Positions 25,381 through 36,470 of a stretch of DNA of 64,000 bases are shown here, piece after piece (the first letter of the stretch is position 1; every line of letters starts with the position of its first letter). Under the pieces are notes generated by a model, which was given only the letters and a program-made list of their open reading frames with translations, searched no databases and was not told the DNA's origin. Both the position numbers and the translations under genes were made by a program. Source of the DNA: Lama glama (Eukaryota); assembly GCA_028534125.1 (NCBI GenBank), contig CM052818.1:48362001-48426000 (forward strand). The letters are read 5' to 3'.

Positions 25381-25899
25381 TTTAAAATTTAAAAACTATA
25401 CTTATGATGGCTTATAGGAGCTGCTGGACTGTTGGTCTCTGCTCATAAATACAGAAATAGAATAGCTTTAAAAATCGGTTGTTTACTAGAGACACTGAAC
25501 ATGTTGAGAAAGATGTGAGGAGTCCACGGCTGCAAATGCTCTTGCTTGGCTATGTCAGGAAAGGAACAGAAATAAATAAACAAACAGATAAAACCAATCA
25601 GCAGGAACCCAGCACAGCAGTGCTGGCCCTGCAGACCCAGCAGCTCCCGGGCCCTGCCCAGGCTTCCGTGAGTGGACACTGGCTTCTCTGTTCTTTCAGG
25701 GTTTCCCTCGCCAGCAGGTCTGCTCAACTCACGTCAGCAACTCGTAGAAAACCCCATTTACAGTCAACCTGCAGAGAAAAGCCAAAGGAAAGAGTCAGTG
25801 CAATTAACCCAGAGTGAAATCCTGCTTCAGAGAAAAAAGAAAAATTCTCCCACTCTATTCTTGGATTTATAGCTCAAGGTTTTCACTGTAATGGCTCTT

Positions 25900-26055
25900 G
25901 TAAATTAATTGCAGACACAATTGTCTACGGGCATTCTCAGAATAAGTGGCAAGTAGTTAATTGCACCCCGAATTAGCCAATTCGGCCGATAATTAACCAT
26001 TTGAAGACAATTAACTGCATGCATACTATTTGCACCTGCAACTAATTGGAGCCCC
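25900..26055. other. Nested inverted-repeat element rich in AATT/TAAT; candidate conserved non-coding element from an ancient palindromic repeat
   Basis: Three nested inverted pairs: 25903-25920/26030-26047 (14/18), 25949-25963/26008-26022 (13/15), 25968-25974/25979-25985 (7/7). Confidence 0.55.
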
Positions 26056-26944
26056 TTATATTGTTCCTGGAAGAAATAAATAAATAACAACAACAACAAA
26101 AAAAAACAGAGGCCACTCTTAAACCCTGGTTTATGGTCCAAGGTTCCCTAGAGCTGAGGAAACGCTCATCTGTGTTCCAGCTGCCTTCATGGAGAAGCAA
26201 TTTTAAATCAGCCCTGACTAGCTAGGTTTGCAGGATGTCATTTTATGCTTTTTTGCCCTTTTTTTCTTCCTCCCCATTATTAACGTGAACTTCAACTTAA
26301 TTTCTTCAATTATCTAATCAAAAAATTTCAGGCTATCCAGGTCTGAAAAAATTAAAACATCCCACATATTGAAATACTGGTGTTGTTTTAAGAGAAAGGA
26401 TAAATTCTCTTATCTTTGCTGGATGGGCTGCCTAAGTGCTCTCTTCGTCAGGAGGGGAGGAGCAAATGTCCCCCCCGACCGGGAAGAATAACTACACAGG
26501 CGTCATTATTTCAGCCGCCGTTTGTGGAGGAGGATGCTGTGGATTATTGGCACAATCTCTTTTCACTCTCAAAAAAATAAGTTGCTGTTAGTAATAATAG
26601 TAACAAGGGCAAAATTAACAACCATGGCAGCAGTAATTCCAAGGTAGTAAATACTTATGCCTACACTTTAGCTAGCCTCACTTGAATGGTTCTAAAATTC
26701 AAAAAAGGCGTTGTGTCCATGTTGTAGATGAAAAAAATTGTTCTTGGAGGCTGCCTAGTTTTCCTAACTTTGGAGGAACCATTAAACGTGCATAATTTAA
26801 TCCATGTCAAGTGCTTAGCACAGTACTTAAGACACAGTCAGTGCTCAGTAAAGATTAGCAAAACATTTATATCCCTGTGAATTACTAAGTCTATCCTCTT
26901 CACATGGACAGGTTGTGGACAGAACTGTAAACCCAAAAGTTGAT

Positions 26945-27175
26945 ATATGCTTAGTGTTCATGATGTGCTAGTTACTGTTCTAAGTGCAGCACAGGAAGCA
27001 AATCAAGTTAAACTGGGTAACAAAAGCATTCCCATTTTACAGATGCCAAAACTGAGGCGGAGAAATGTTAAATGACTTGCTCAAGATGCACAGATGGCAA
27101 AGAGGTGAGATGAGGGATTCAAGTACAGACATTCTGGCTCTAAAACGTATGAATTTAGGTACTACACTATATTGC
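26945..27175 (-). mobile_element. MIR SINE
   Basis: atgtgctagttactgttctaagtgc...cccattttacagatgccaaaactgaggc...aaatgacttgctcaag...ggattcaa...tctggctctaaa. Confidence 0.85.
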
Positions 27176-27213
27176 TTCTAGTAACCTGGACAGATGGCTT
27201 TGTCTATAAAAAA

Positions 27214-27242
27214 TGTGTGTGTGTGTGTTTGTGTGTGTGTGT
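27214..27242. repeat. (TG)n microsatellite
   Basis: Directly visible. Confidence 0.9.
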
Positions 27243-27274
27243 ACTTGATGGAGCTGTCTGTTAAAAATCAGTAA

Positions 27275-27446
27275 GGGATGGGTGTAGCTCAGTGGTAGAG
27301 CACATGCTTAGCATGCACGAGGTCCTAGGGTCCATCCCCAGTACCTCCATGCAAACAAATAAATAGATAAACCAAATTACTTCCCCGCTCTAGCAAAATA
27401 TATATTTTTTAATTTAAATAAGTAAATACAAATAAATATATTTATT
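27275..27446 (+). mobile_element. tRNA-Ala-derived SINE (camelid Vic-1 type), copy 1
   Basis: Head gggtgtagctcagtggtagagcacatgcttagcatgcacgaggtcc..., body aaataaatagataaaccaaattacttcccc, AT-rich tail. Perfect 14-bp TSD ttaaaaatcagtaa (27261-27274 / 27447-27460). Confidence 0.92.
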
Positions 27447-28079
27447 TTAAAAATCAGTAAATATAAAACCGGCCTGGATGCTGAATGCTCGCTTTCTCAA
27501 ATGACAGAAGAACTGTGGTGGTTTAGGAAGAGCAGTGAGTGGGAGGGAGGCTGGAGCCCCCTGCCCGAGGGTGAGTCGGGAAGGCGGCGCTCTCAACGAC
27601 TCAAAAGCCATTTGTAGGTTTCGGGAGAGAAGCGGCTGAGGAAGGAGGTCGGGAGGAGAGACGCAGAGCTAGGCCAGGGGCCCGACCATGGCAGAGGGCC
27701 AGCAGCGAGGAGGGGCCGCGCAGGTGGCCCCTAGGGAGGCACGAGACACGGCATCAAGAGGCGAGGGGCTGTGCGGGGCCGAAAGGCCGCTCCCCACAGC
27801 CCAGGGTCATCTGAGGCACCCGGCCCTGAATCAAGCTCAGTGGTCTTCCTGGTAGAGCGCTTTGCTCGCAGGGCTGGACCGACCCCGTGTTACACACTGA
27901 AAACCCTAGCGGCTGGTCTTTCGCCATAGTGAAAGACAGTTTAGGAGTGCCCGTTCAGCGAAGGATTAAGAGAACAAGGTTCAGGCCAACGGAGGAGGAG
28001 AGGAGGGTCCCAGTGGCCCGAGGTCGGCTCATCATCGCAATTCAGCACCAGAGCTGGCACGTGACCCCCGGCGGGCAGC

Positions 28080-28210
28080 GGGGAGAGTAGAGCTCAGGGT
28101 CAGGGGGTCTGCTAGCCTCCAGGAGGAGGTCCTGGGTTCGATCCCCAGTACCTCCTTCAAAATAAATAATCTAATTACCTCCCTCCTCCTCCAAAAAAAG
28201 AAGAAATACA
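28080..28210 (+). mobile_element. Vic-1-type SINE, copy 2 (5' half heavily diverged)
   Basis: gaggtcctgggttcgatccccagtacctcc + aaataaataatctaattacctccc + A-rich tail. Confidence 0.85.
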
Positions 28211-30046
28211 AACTTCAGGGGTATATAGGTTTTATCATGTGACAATGATACGCTTTAAAGATATCAGAAAATGTATGTTTATTTTTTCCCCTATTTAAAA
28301 AAAACAAACAACTCCCCCAAAAACCTGAAACATGCTGTTGTCAACTTCACCAATAAAAATTTCAAACAAGACAGAACAAGTGACCCACTGCTAGGTCGCT
28401 TTATCATCTGGTGGACGTAAATTCATGAATCAGAATATTGAGAGGATGGTTCTTCAGGCAGACACAAATCCGAGTACCCCTTCCTTCAACTGCATTTTCT
28501 CAGCGTGTGCACAGAAGGAAGGCGTTTTCTGAACGTCTCGCTGAATCAAGGCCCAGCACGTGTGCTCGCATGTCGGGATGCAGGCAGAGCCCACGCTCAC
28601 CTTTCTTCCATTTTCTAGCGTAGTCCCTGGTCAACAAAAACAATTACATTTAGTTTACTAGGCGCTCTTAGAAACGCAGCTTTCTGCTGGGAAAGAAATC
28701 CTTACTTTCAAATCATCTGCTTAATAATCCACATTTTTTTTTCCATGTGAGTGTGAAATGTATGGGTTCATATTCCATATTCCTTTCCTTTGCAACATAC
28801 GAGCACGGTTCATACTATAATATCTGATGTTCACCTCGACTGTGTGGACATTGACAAATCGGCTTTGTCATCTAGCATGCAAGCCCTTTAGGGCCTTATA
28901 AGAGGGGTACCTTGGTCCCTGTGGTGATGACTCTTGTTGGCCCATTTTAGTTGGCCGAGAGATTTCATTTCACCCTGTGGAATCACCAGTTATAATCAAC
29001 CATTATCTTCAGTTTCCTCACCAACAGGGTTTTGTTTTTTTTTTAACTCATATGACTAAACGCATTTGTTAATACCTCCCTCCCACATGGGATTTTAAAC
29101 CCCCGTCTGTCTCCGGAGAAAACAGCAGCTCGTAGTTCCCGTGCATGGCAGGATTTGTCACTCACTGACCCCTGCAGCAAGCGCTCTACCGTCTGACGCC
29201 TTCTCCCTATCATCCACCGAAACGTGAATTTAAAGCTTCCTTAATAAACTTGGCAAGCATTCCATTACATGCACGCTTTATGAAAGGGGATCAATATCCT
29301 GCCATCTTCTCTCTCCCCAAGTGGACGCTAGTTCCCCACGGTAGGGGCTTCTGGGGGCGGGGAAGGGATGGGGTCAGGAGAGGAGAGAGGATGGAGAGGA
29401 AAGGGGAAAAAAAAAAAAAGACTTAGGTCAGGCTTCTAGTCTTATAAGCGTCTTACTTTTCCCCAGAGCTCCTCTGCTTCCATATTTATTCTCATTTTGG
29501 GTGTTACTATTCACGGAAACCTCTAGACCGCAACCTTCCCTCGGCCCCTCCCCCTGCCCTTCCCCTCCCCCACAAAGGCACACAGCCGAGCATCCCAGAG
29601 CCTCCCCGGCACGTGAGCAGCGGCTCATCCATGCATAATGCGTCCAGGCCTGCCTGGCTGAGGCCACAGGGCACGGAAGCAGGGAGAAGTGCCCCCGGGA
29701 CACGAGGCCCCCATCAGATGGCGTGCCACAAGCCGGTGCCCTTCCAGCCCGAACAGTCTCTGCACCCTGCACGGGCTGCGCTTCCAAGACGCCCGCATCT
29801 CCAACCAGCGCACCTCTTCAGAGCGCGGGTCCCTGCAGAGCCTTTCCTCACATCATTTGCAAGTTGCTCCCCTGGCCCGCTCTCCAGACGTGACCTAATT
29901 GCCGCCTGCCCGGCCGGCTGTGGTGGTGTGAGCGCGGCCCCCTCGTGCGGGGAGGTGCTGTGATCTGAGCTCCCCGCATCCCAGCAGCCGGGCTGGGGGA
30001 GCAGAGGAGAGCAGGTCAGGAGGGAATTAAGAAGTAGCTTCTCCTG

Positions 30047-30205
30047 GGGTGGGACGGTGGGGTATGGCTCAGTGGTAGAGCGCATGCTTAGCATGAAGGA
30101 GGTCCTGGGTTCAATCCCCAATATCTACATTAAAAAAAAGAAGAAAAAATCAACAAACCTAATTACCTCCCCCAAAAGAAAAAGTCTAAAAATTAAGGGG
30201 GGGGG
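30047..30205 (+). mobile_element. Vic-1-type SINE, copy 3
   Basis: ggggtatggctcagtggtagagcgcatgcttagcatg...gggttcaatcccc...aaacctaattacctcccc. TSD aagaagtagctt(c/t)tcctg, 17/18 (30029-30046 / 30206-30223). Confidence 0.92.
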
Positions 30206-31068
30206 AAGAAGTAGCTTTTCCTGCCTTTAGCAGTGCTCCCCACTGCAGCAGACACACATTTTTAATAAAGGTTGTTTAGAAAACAATGGACGAGAACAAA
30301 AAAATCACAAACCCAGGAGCCAAAGGCAGATGCATCCGCAGCGGAGGGAGGCCTTCCCGTCTCAGAGTCGCGCCGCGGCCCTTTTCCGGCACTGGGGCTA
30401 CATCGCCCGACTCCGCCGCTCTGTCGGGGCTGGTCTTTGAAGTGAGTCAGACGCTGAAGGTCTGTTTCGTCAAAACCACACGATTCCTTGATCGCGGTTC
30501 CTGGCAGTTCGGTCTTGGAGATGCAGTATTAGTGAAAACGGGAGATGACGGAGGAGACCTACTGAGTGGGTCTAATATTTTGTTCGGGGATCCTCTCTGA
30601 GAGAGAAGTAAGAGGGCAGAGGTGTGAGCAGGCCTGGGGGGCCCACTTTGCCTCAGAAAAAGGCAGGGGTTTAAAACGCAGATCCGGCGCTTTCAGACCC
30701 AGGCTGAGACAGGTTGTAATTCGTTGGCTGTTACCCAGGTGCATTGGAAATGCCCAGGGCAGAAACTCGGGACTCTAGGAGAGCTTCTGTATCGTACCCT
30801 TGTCCTTGCGGGGCGAAAGCCCGCAGTGAGTTAAGGCCACCGTGTGTTGTGGAGGCTTTCACTCCACGTGGAGGAGAGCAAACTTCTGTCCATAACACTC
30901 CGCCTGGAATCTGGCTGCAGCAGGGCTGTGCGGCTACGCCTTCGCTTTCTCCTGGTCAACATCGGAGAGCCCTGTGACGTGAATAACCCCACAGGGGCAC
31001 AGGCCAGTATGTGGAAACTCGTCCAAGGAAAGAAGCAGATATTTCAAATTTAAAAATAAACTTACAGA

Positions 31069-31220
31069 GGGGAGGGAACAGCTCAAGTAGTAGAGTGCAT
31101 GCTCAGCATGCAGGAGGCCCTGGGGTCAATCCCCAGTACCTGCATTAAAGTAAATAAGTAAATCTAATATCACCCCCCCAAAAAAAGAAATAAAAACAAA
31201 GTTATGCCCTGAAAAAAAAT
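31069..31220 (+). mobile_element. Vic-1-type SINE, copy 4
   Basis: ggggagggaacagctcaagtagtagagtgcatgctcagcatgcaggaggccctggggtcaatccccagtacc...taaatctaatatcacccc. Confidence 0.88.
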
Positions 31221-31987
31221 ACACCTTTAAAAACTTCTAATTAGGCTTATTCATGACAGTTTGGGTCTATCTATGGTTTGGGAAATAACTGTCTTTATTT
31301 TATCAACTAACACGTTTTTGGCTACCACATACCTGTAAAGTGTCTAGAGCTTGGGTTAAAATCATTGCAAAGCAACCACAGTACTTTGTGCTGAGAAAGT
31401 TTAATTCGGTGATGGGAGTGTGCTGGAACCCTGCTCTGGGCACCTCTGAGGAACTAAGAAATTCAACGTTTAATTTATCGTCACGGGTCCTTCAGGCCCA
31501 CCGCTTACTCTTCTAAGTAAGACCAAGAGCGGACCTGCCGCCTGCGTCGCACGGCCTCTCTCTCCCTCCTTTGCTGCACAGTCTACGTGAAGCAGCCGCT
31601 GGTTTTATCAAGAGAGAAGCCTCAGATTATGAAGAGCGGGCCCCTAAGCCCTCGTGGGCGTCCAGGTGCCGGAATCCCGCCGGCCGGCGAGTGTGGGGAC
31701 CGGCATCAGGCCCGCGTGGGGCCACCCACTGCCGCGGCGCGGTCCTGCCTGGGGAGGGCCCCTCCCCGGCCCCTGTCTGTCCACCCTTGAACTTAAACCC
31801 TTACCTGGCAGAGATAAAGTGTTTGTCTGAATTAAACTTCCAGTAACAGTCTCTGATTGTTAAGTATTGTAGCCTTCAAATCTTGGGGAGAAAGTCTTTC
31901 TTATGTTATTGCACTGTATGCAATGCCACGGGCAGGAACTTTGTGGACATTTAAGACCCTCAATTCTGTTGGAATTGGAATAATGGC

Positions 31988-32010
31988 AGTAGTAGTAGTA
32001 GTAGTAGTAG

Positions 32011-32042
<32 letters not shown>

Positions 32043-32068
32043 ACAACAACAACAACAACAACAATAAT
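31988..32068. repeat. Compound trinucleotide microsatellite (AGT)9(AAT)8(AAC)8(AAT)2
   Basis: Counted directly; agrees with V9-I8-T8 in the ORF track. Confidence 0.95.
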
Positions 32069-32729
32069 GGCTGTACCTACCCCTGGCCAAAATAAAATAA
32101 TTTTTAAAACAATACAATAATAAATAAATATTTTTAAAGCTGTTTCAGCTATAGGATGTAGTCAGAGAAAGGTTAGATGACTGAATTTTCTTAAAACTAG
32201 AAATGAATCAGACTTAAATGGTCTTAAATCTAAAGATCTTCAGTTTCACTTAATGCAGGTCGTTTTGGTAACAGAGTTCCAAGAAAAACAATGGAGATGA
32301 TGCTTTTTGTGTCATGGTGATTCCAGAGTGAGGTAGAGTGGATACATTCTGAGCCTGAAATATCCTTTCATACCAGAAATGAGAGACATGCTGAAAGCAA
32401 AGACTCACTCAGTGCCAGGGGCGTCCACACCCCTCTTTCATTTTCAAAAAGGTCTAAGTGACGCTTTAAGAAATGGAGTCTGTTCTCAGGACGTTTCATG
32501 AAAGAAGAAGCTCTTGTTGACAGGTAACCCTGGAGTTACGTGGTGCCTGAAAAAAACCACACGCTGGGCACCGTCGCTGCCACCAGCACTGAACATGCCA
32601 GTTCTTCAACCACCAGGCACCCGGCGGTCCGTCACACTCCTCCCAGAGTGGCTCTGTCCTCCCAGGGCCTGGGAAAGGAGCTGCAAAGGGGAAAGCAAAA
32701 CCTCTGTCAGCAAAAGACAGGACAATGAC

Positions 32730-32855
32730 GGGGGAGGGCAGCTCGGTGGTAGAGTGTGTGCTTAGCACGCAGACGGTTCCAGCACCTCCATTAAACAGCA
32801 AACAAACCTGATTACCACCCCACCAAAGAAAACCAAAGAAGTACTTCCAGGAAAA
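32730..32855 (+). mobile_element. Vic-1-type SINE, copy 5 (B-box region deleted)
   Basis: gggggagggcagctcggtggtagagtgtgtgcttagcacg...ccagcacctccatt...aaacctgattaccacccc. 12-bp TSD acaggacaatga (32717-32728 / 32856-32867). Confidence 0.88.
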
Positions 32856-33545
32856 ACAGGACAATGAGCATGAAAAGGCACGACACTCGGGCGCAGACGG
32901 CTCCCTTCCCACCCCTGCACACCTGTCGCAGGAACGCCAGAGTCTTGCTTTGAAGGGCTGCCACTTCAGGAAGAATGACTCTTGGTTGCTTTGGGAGAAG
33001 TGTCTGATGATCGGCAGGTGGACGTTAGCTTTGCAAAGAGGGGAAGACCCAACACCTAGGAAACAGTGAGGCTCGTAGAGAAAACTAGACGTGTAATGAA
33101 GGCCTGGTGGCCGCCCTGCTCCTGAGGAATAGGATGGCCTTCCTGGGGTCTGATGCCAGTTTCTGCCACCAGAGGTGGACCAGACGCTCATCCAGGAAAT
33201 CCCACCGCCTCCCTGGCAGACACTGCGACGTACGGAAAGGGGTGGGACCTGGGGCCCTGCAAGTTTGTCCCAGACACATGTGAAGACCAGATGGACGGAC
33301 GAAATGTGAGGAAGTGGAGGTGCTTCTTTGGATCGCAGTGAAAGTTACACAGGAAAAAGCCACAATTTTCAGTGCTTCCACACCACTCCCTCACCACCCA
33401 CCATGAGATACCACTATTTTATCTTTTATCAAGAACACGGATTTTAAATCAGCCAAAAAAAAATGGAATAGCTATTGATTGAAAGCTCTAAGAACAAGCT
33501 TTATAAGAGTCTCATTTCAGGATGACATCAAAATATTCAGGTCCT

Positions 33546-33767
33546 GGGCAGGAGGGTATAGCTCAGCGGTAGCATGTGTGCTTAGCATGCATGAGGTCCT
33601 GGATTCCATCCCTGGTACCCATTTAAAATATACATATCTATACACACACACATTCACACACACATATGTGCACATACATATATATACATATACATATACC
33701 TAATTACCTCCCCCACCAAAAAAAAGATTCACATTAAAAAATAATAATAAAGCCCCCTCCAAAAGAG
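33546..33767 (+). mobile_element. Vic-1-type SINE, copy 6, with an internal (CA/TA)n microsatellite
   Basis: ggagggtatagctcagcggtagcatgtgtgcttagcatgcatgaggtcctgg...cctaattacctcccc. Imperfect TSD aaatattcaggtcct (33531-33545) / aaaattcgggtcct (33768-33781). Confidence 0.9.
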
Positions 33768-34604
33768 AAAATTCGGGTCCTACCCCATGGACCAACGCTG
33801 ACAGTAAACTTTAGAAGAAGTAAAGAAAATTAATCATTCTGACTCTAATTCAGAAAATAATTTTAAAAACAAAGCAGAGCTTTCATTCATCTTGCATTGA
33901 AATGGACAGGGCCCCGGCCCCCCGCGCATCTTCGCTGTGCACCGACTACTGGAGGTGGTGCGTCCCCAAGCCCAGCCTCCGCCCTCCCTCGCTCAGAGCC
34001 AAGGCAAAGAGGAGACGAAACCCGCAGTCTCTTTTCTATAAATAGAGCTCTTTCCAACCAAACGTTCTCTTCACTTCATTGCTCACGCAGACGCCTACTA
34101 GGCCTTGTGTTTTCAAAACCACAATTGTCTTTCATTTCATCCTGAATAATTGGGGTGGGTAGTCTTACAGCACAGCCCTGCCTTTCAGAGAAACATGTGT
34201 GGAATTTCTCTCTGTCCCTTTCAGGCAAGAAGATAATGCGCATTTTTGAGAAGTTTCTGCCTCTTTCTTCTCTGCCTCAGATATGATCGTTCTAACAACT
34301 TCTAATTACTTGGCCTCCAAGGATGAGAGGCAGGATGCTCAGAGCCCGGCCTCTTTGTTCTGGGTCAGCTGACGTGCACCCTCCTCTGCTCACGTTTAGA
34401 AAGAACAGAGAATAGACTCTAATTAAATCCCATATTTTTCAGATCACTCAACTGAGTAAACTGACAGCGATGTTATCTGTGGGCCTGCTGCCACATCTGA
34501 TCAAGCTCTTTCCAGAGCTGTGTAACCTCCCGTAGGTAGAAGGGGTGGGGGAAGTCCGTCTGAAGGCTCCTGTTACCCATTGGAGTGATTTTTTAATGGC
34601 TTGT

Positions 34605-34908
34605 TCTATTTTACTTTATTCTTTGTAATTCTTACATTTGATTGAAGTGTAGTCAATTTGCAATGTTAGTTTCACGTGCCCAGCAAAGCAATTCAGTTAT
34701 ACACGTGCACATATACGCATATTCAGATTCTTTTCCATTTTCAGCTCATTATAAGAAATTGAATGTAGTTCCCTGTGCTGTACAGTAGTTCCTTGTTGTT
34801 TATCTGTTTTATGTAGTGTGTACCTATTAATCCCAAACTCCTAATATGTCCCTTCTTCCCTGCTTTACCCCTGGTAACCACAGTTGTTTTCTGTGTCCGT
34901 GAGTCTAT
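34605..34908 (-). mobile_element. LINE-1 3' end, cetartiodactyl type
   Basis: attgaagtgtagtcaatttgcaatgttagtttc...cagcaaagcaattcagttatac...ttgaatgtagttccctgtgctgtacagtag...cccaaactcctaat...ggtaacca...gtgagtct. Confidence 0.88.
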
Positions 34909-36329
34909 TAAATGATTTGTTTAAAAAAATTTTTTTTGAAAGAGCTTCCCCTTTTCTTTGACTTTTACTGTTTTGCTATAAAATCCCACTCAGGGCACAA
35001 AAATTATGTATATTTCTGTTTATTACCAGAGTGAAAAGAATGGAGTCCTTCAAGATGGCACCTTCTTAAAGCTGAAACGTACCCAGTATCTACTCTTTCC
35101 CAGGCCCCACACCTGCATTTTCCATGCAGTGTCTCGTCTGATGCTGAGAGCAGCCCATGTTATACATCACACTTAGGAGAAGAGGGAGTGGAGGCATTAT
35201 GCAGACTGGACACCTTGTCCCGAGTCACAGGGTAAAGAAAATGCCTCTGAACTTGTAGAGGGGAAGTGGGGGAGGGAGTGAGAATAAAACAGCTCTGTGC
35301 TGAGAGACTAAGTTCTGATCCACGGATCCGTATCCGGTCAAGTTCCAACGGGAAACATACCCCAAATAGGATTTAGCAAGTTTTATGTGCAAAGGCACTA
35401 GGGAAAAAGTGGGTGGGCTGCAGGAGTCTGGAAGCTGCCATCAGCTGCCATGTTACCGCCCTAATGATGAGCATGGGGGCAGAAGAGCTACCAGAGGTTG
35501 CCAGGAGACAGAGATGATGGAGGTACAGGGCACAAGGTGCATTGAAAGGGTCCACAATCCTTCACTCGGCGACAGTGACCCGAGGCGACCTCGCAGGGAC
35601 GGAGGTGAGACCTCTTCCCTCCCTTCACGCCCTAGCTGGAGAAGCCCTCCTGGAACCCAGAGGGCACAGGAATCCTGCTGGCGGAGGAGGAGGAAAGGGG
35701 ACGGGGCGGTTCTGGAAGGACGGAGAGGAATGCAGAGCTCTGGCTTTAGTCTCACTTCCCGCGCATTCCCCGCCTCTCCTGTGAGTTTCCGCCTGCCTCC
35801 TGCCTAGTGTCTGCTCCTCTGCCTTGGACTCCCTGAGAGGCACACAGGTGACCTACACTGATGACAAAGAAGACGCCTTTGTGGACAAACACAGTGGAGC
35901 TAAATCCAGAGGAAAGTGTGTAAACAGGGCAGGTGGAGGGAGGCTAGGCTGGGAGCTGACCTTCCCGGGAACCGCAAGATGGTTTCCTCACTTACTCGTT
36001 ACCGTCTGAATAAGAGGAGCAGCTCTAACAACAATAGTAATTACAGTGGAGGATCAGGAAGATAAATGAGAGGGGTAAACAGGTTTTAAGATTAATAATG
36101 GTCAATTAAATGCATGATTACTATTAACACAGATTCATTTAGTTTCACCCTGTTAGAACTCAGACAGAAAATCCGACTGTTTAACTGAGTCAGTATCCTG
36201 GGTACCAAGATGGCAGTCTCCAGAGCTGGACTCCAGCTGTCCCTTCATTGGTCAGCGTGTGTGTGTGTTGGGGTCCTCAGCGTCTGGAAATAACCCTTCC
36301 CGTCGATGTGATGTAGGAGGAAGGTCATG

Positions 36330-36470
36330 CGTTCCGGAATGAGACACAGTTCTGTGACCCTGGGCATTTCAGCATATCTGTGGGTATTTACACTTACAAA
36401 ATAGTGGTTATAATAACTCTCAGGCTGTCATGGGAATAAAAGATGATGCTGAACATCCAGTGCTCAGTTC
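36330..36470 (+). mobile_element. MIR fragment
   Basis: tgtgaccctgggca...acaaaatagtggttataataac...ctcaggctgtcatgggaataaaag. Confidence 0.5.

Noticed and set aside
30059..30130. tRNA-Ala(AGC) gene (also at the other six SINE heads)
   Set aside because: Acceptor and anticodon stems are disrupted, and the head continues into a SINE body, A-rich tail and TSD, so it is a retroposed SINE and not a tRNA gene.
31857..32120. ORFs with poly-V/I/T or poly-C/Y tracts resembling a transmembrane or Cys-rich peptide
   Set aside because: Simply the translation of the compound microsatellite.
32496..33191. Longest ORF (231 aa, minus strand)
   Set aside because: Runs antisense through SINE copy 5 and GC-rich sequence; no domain-like content.
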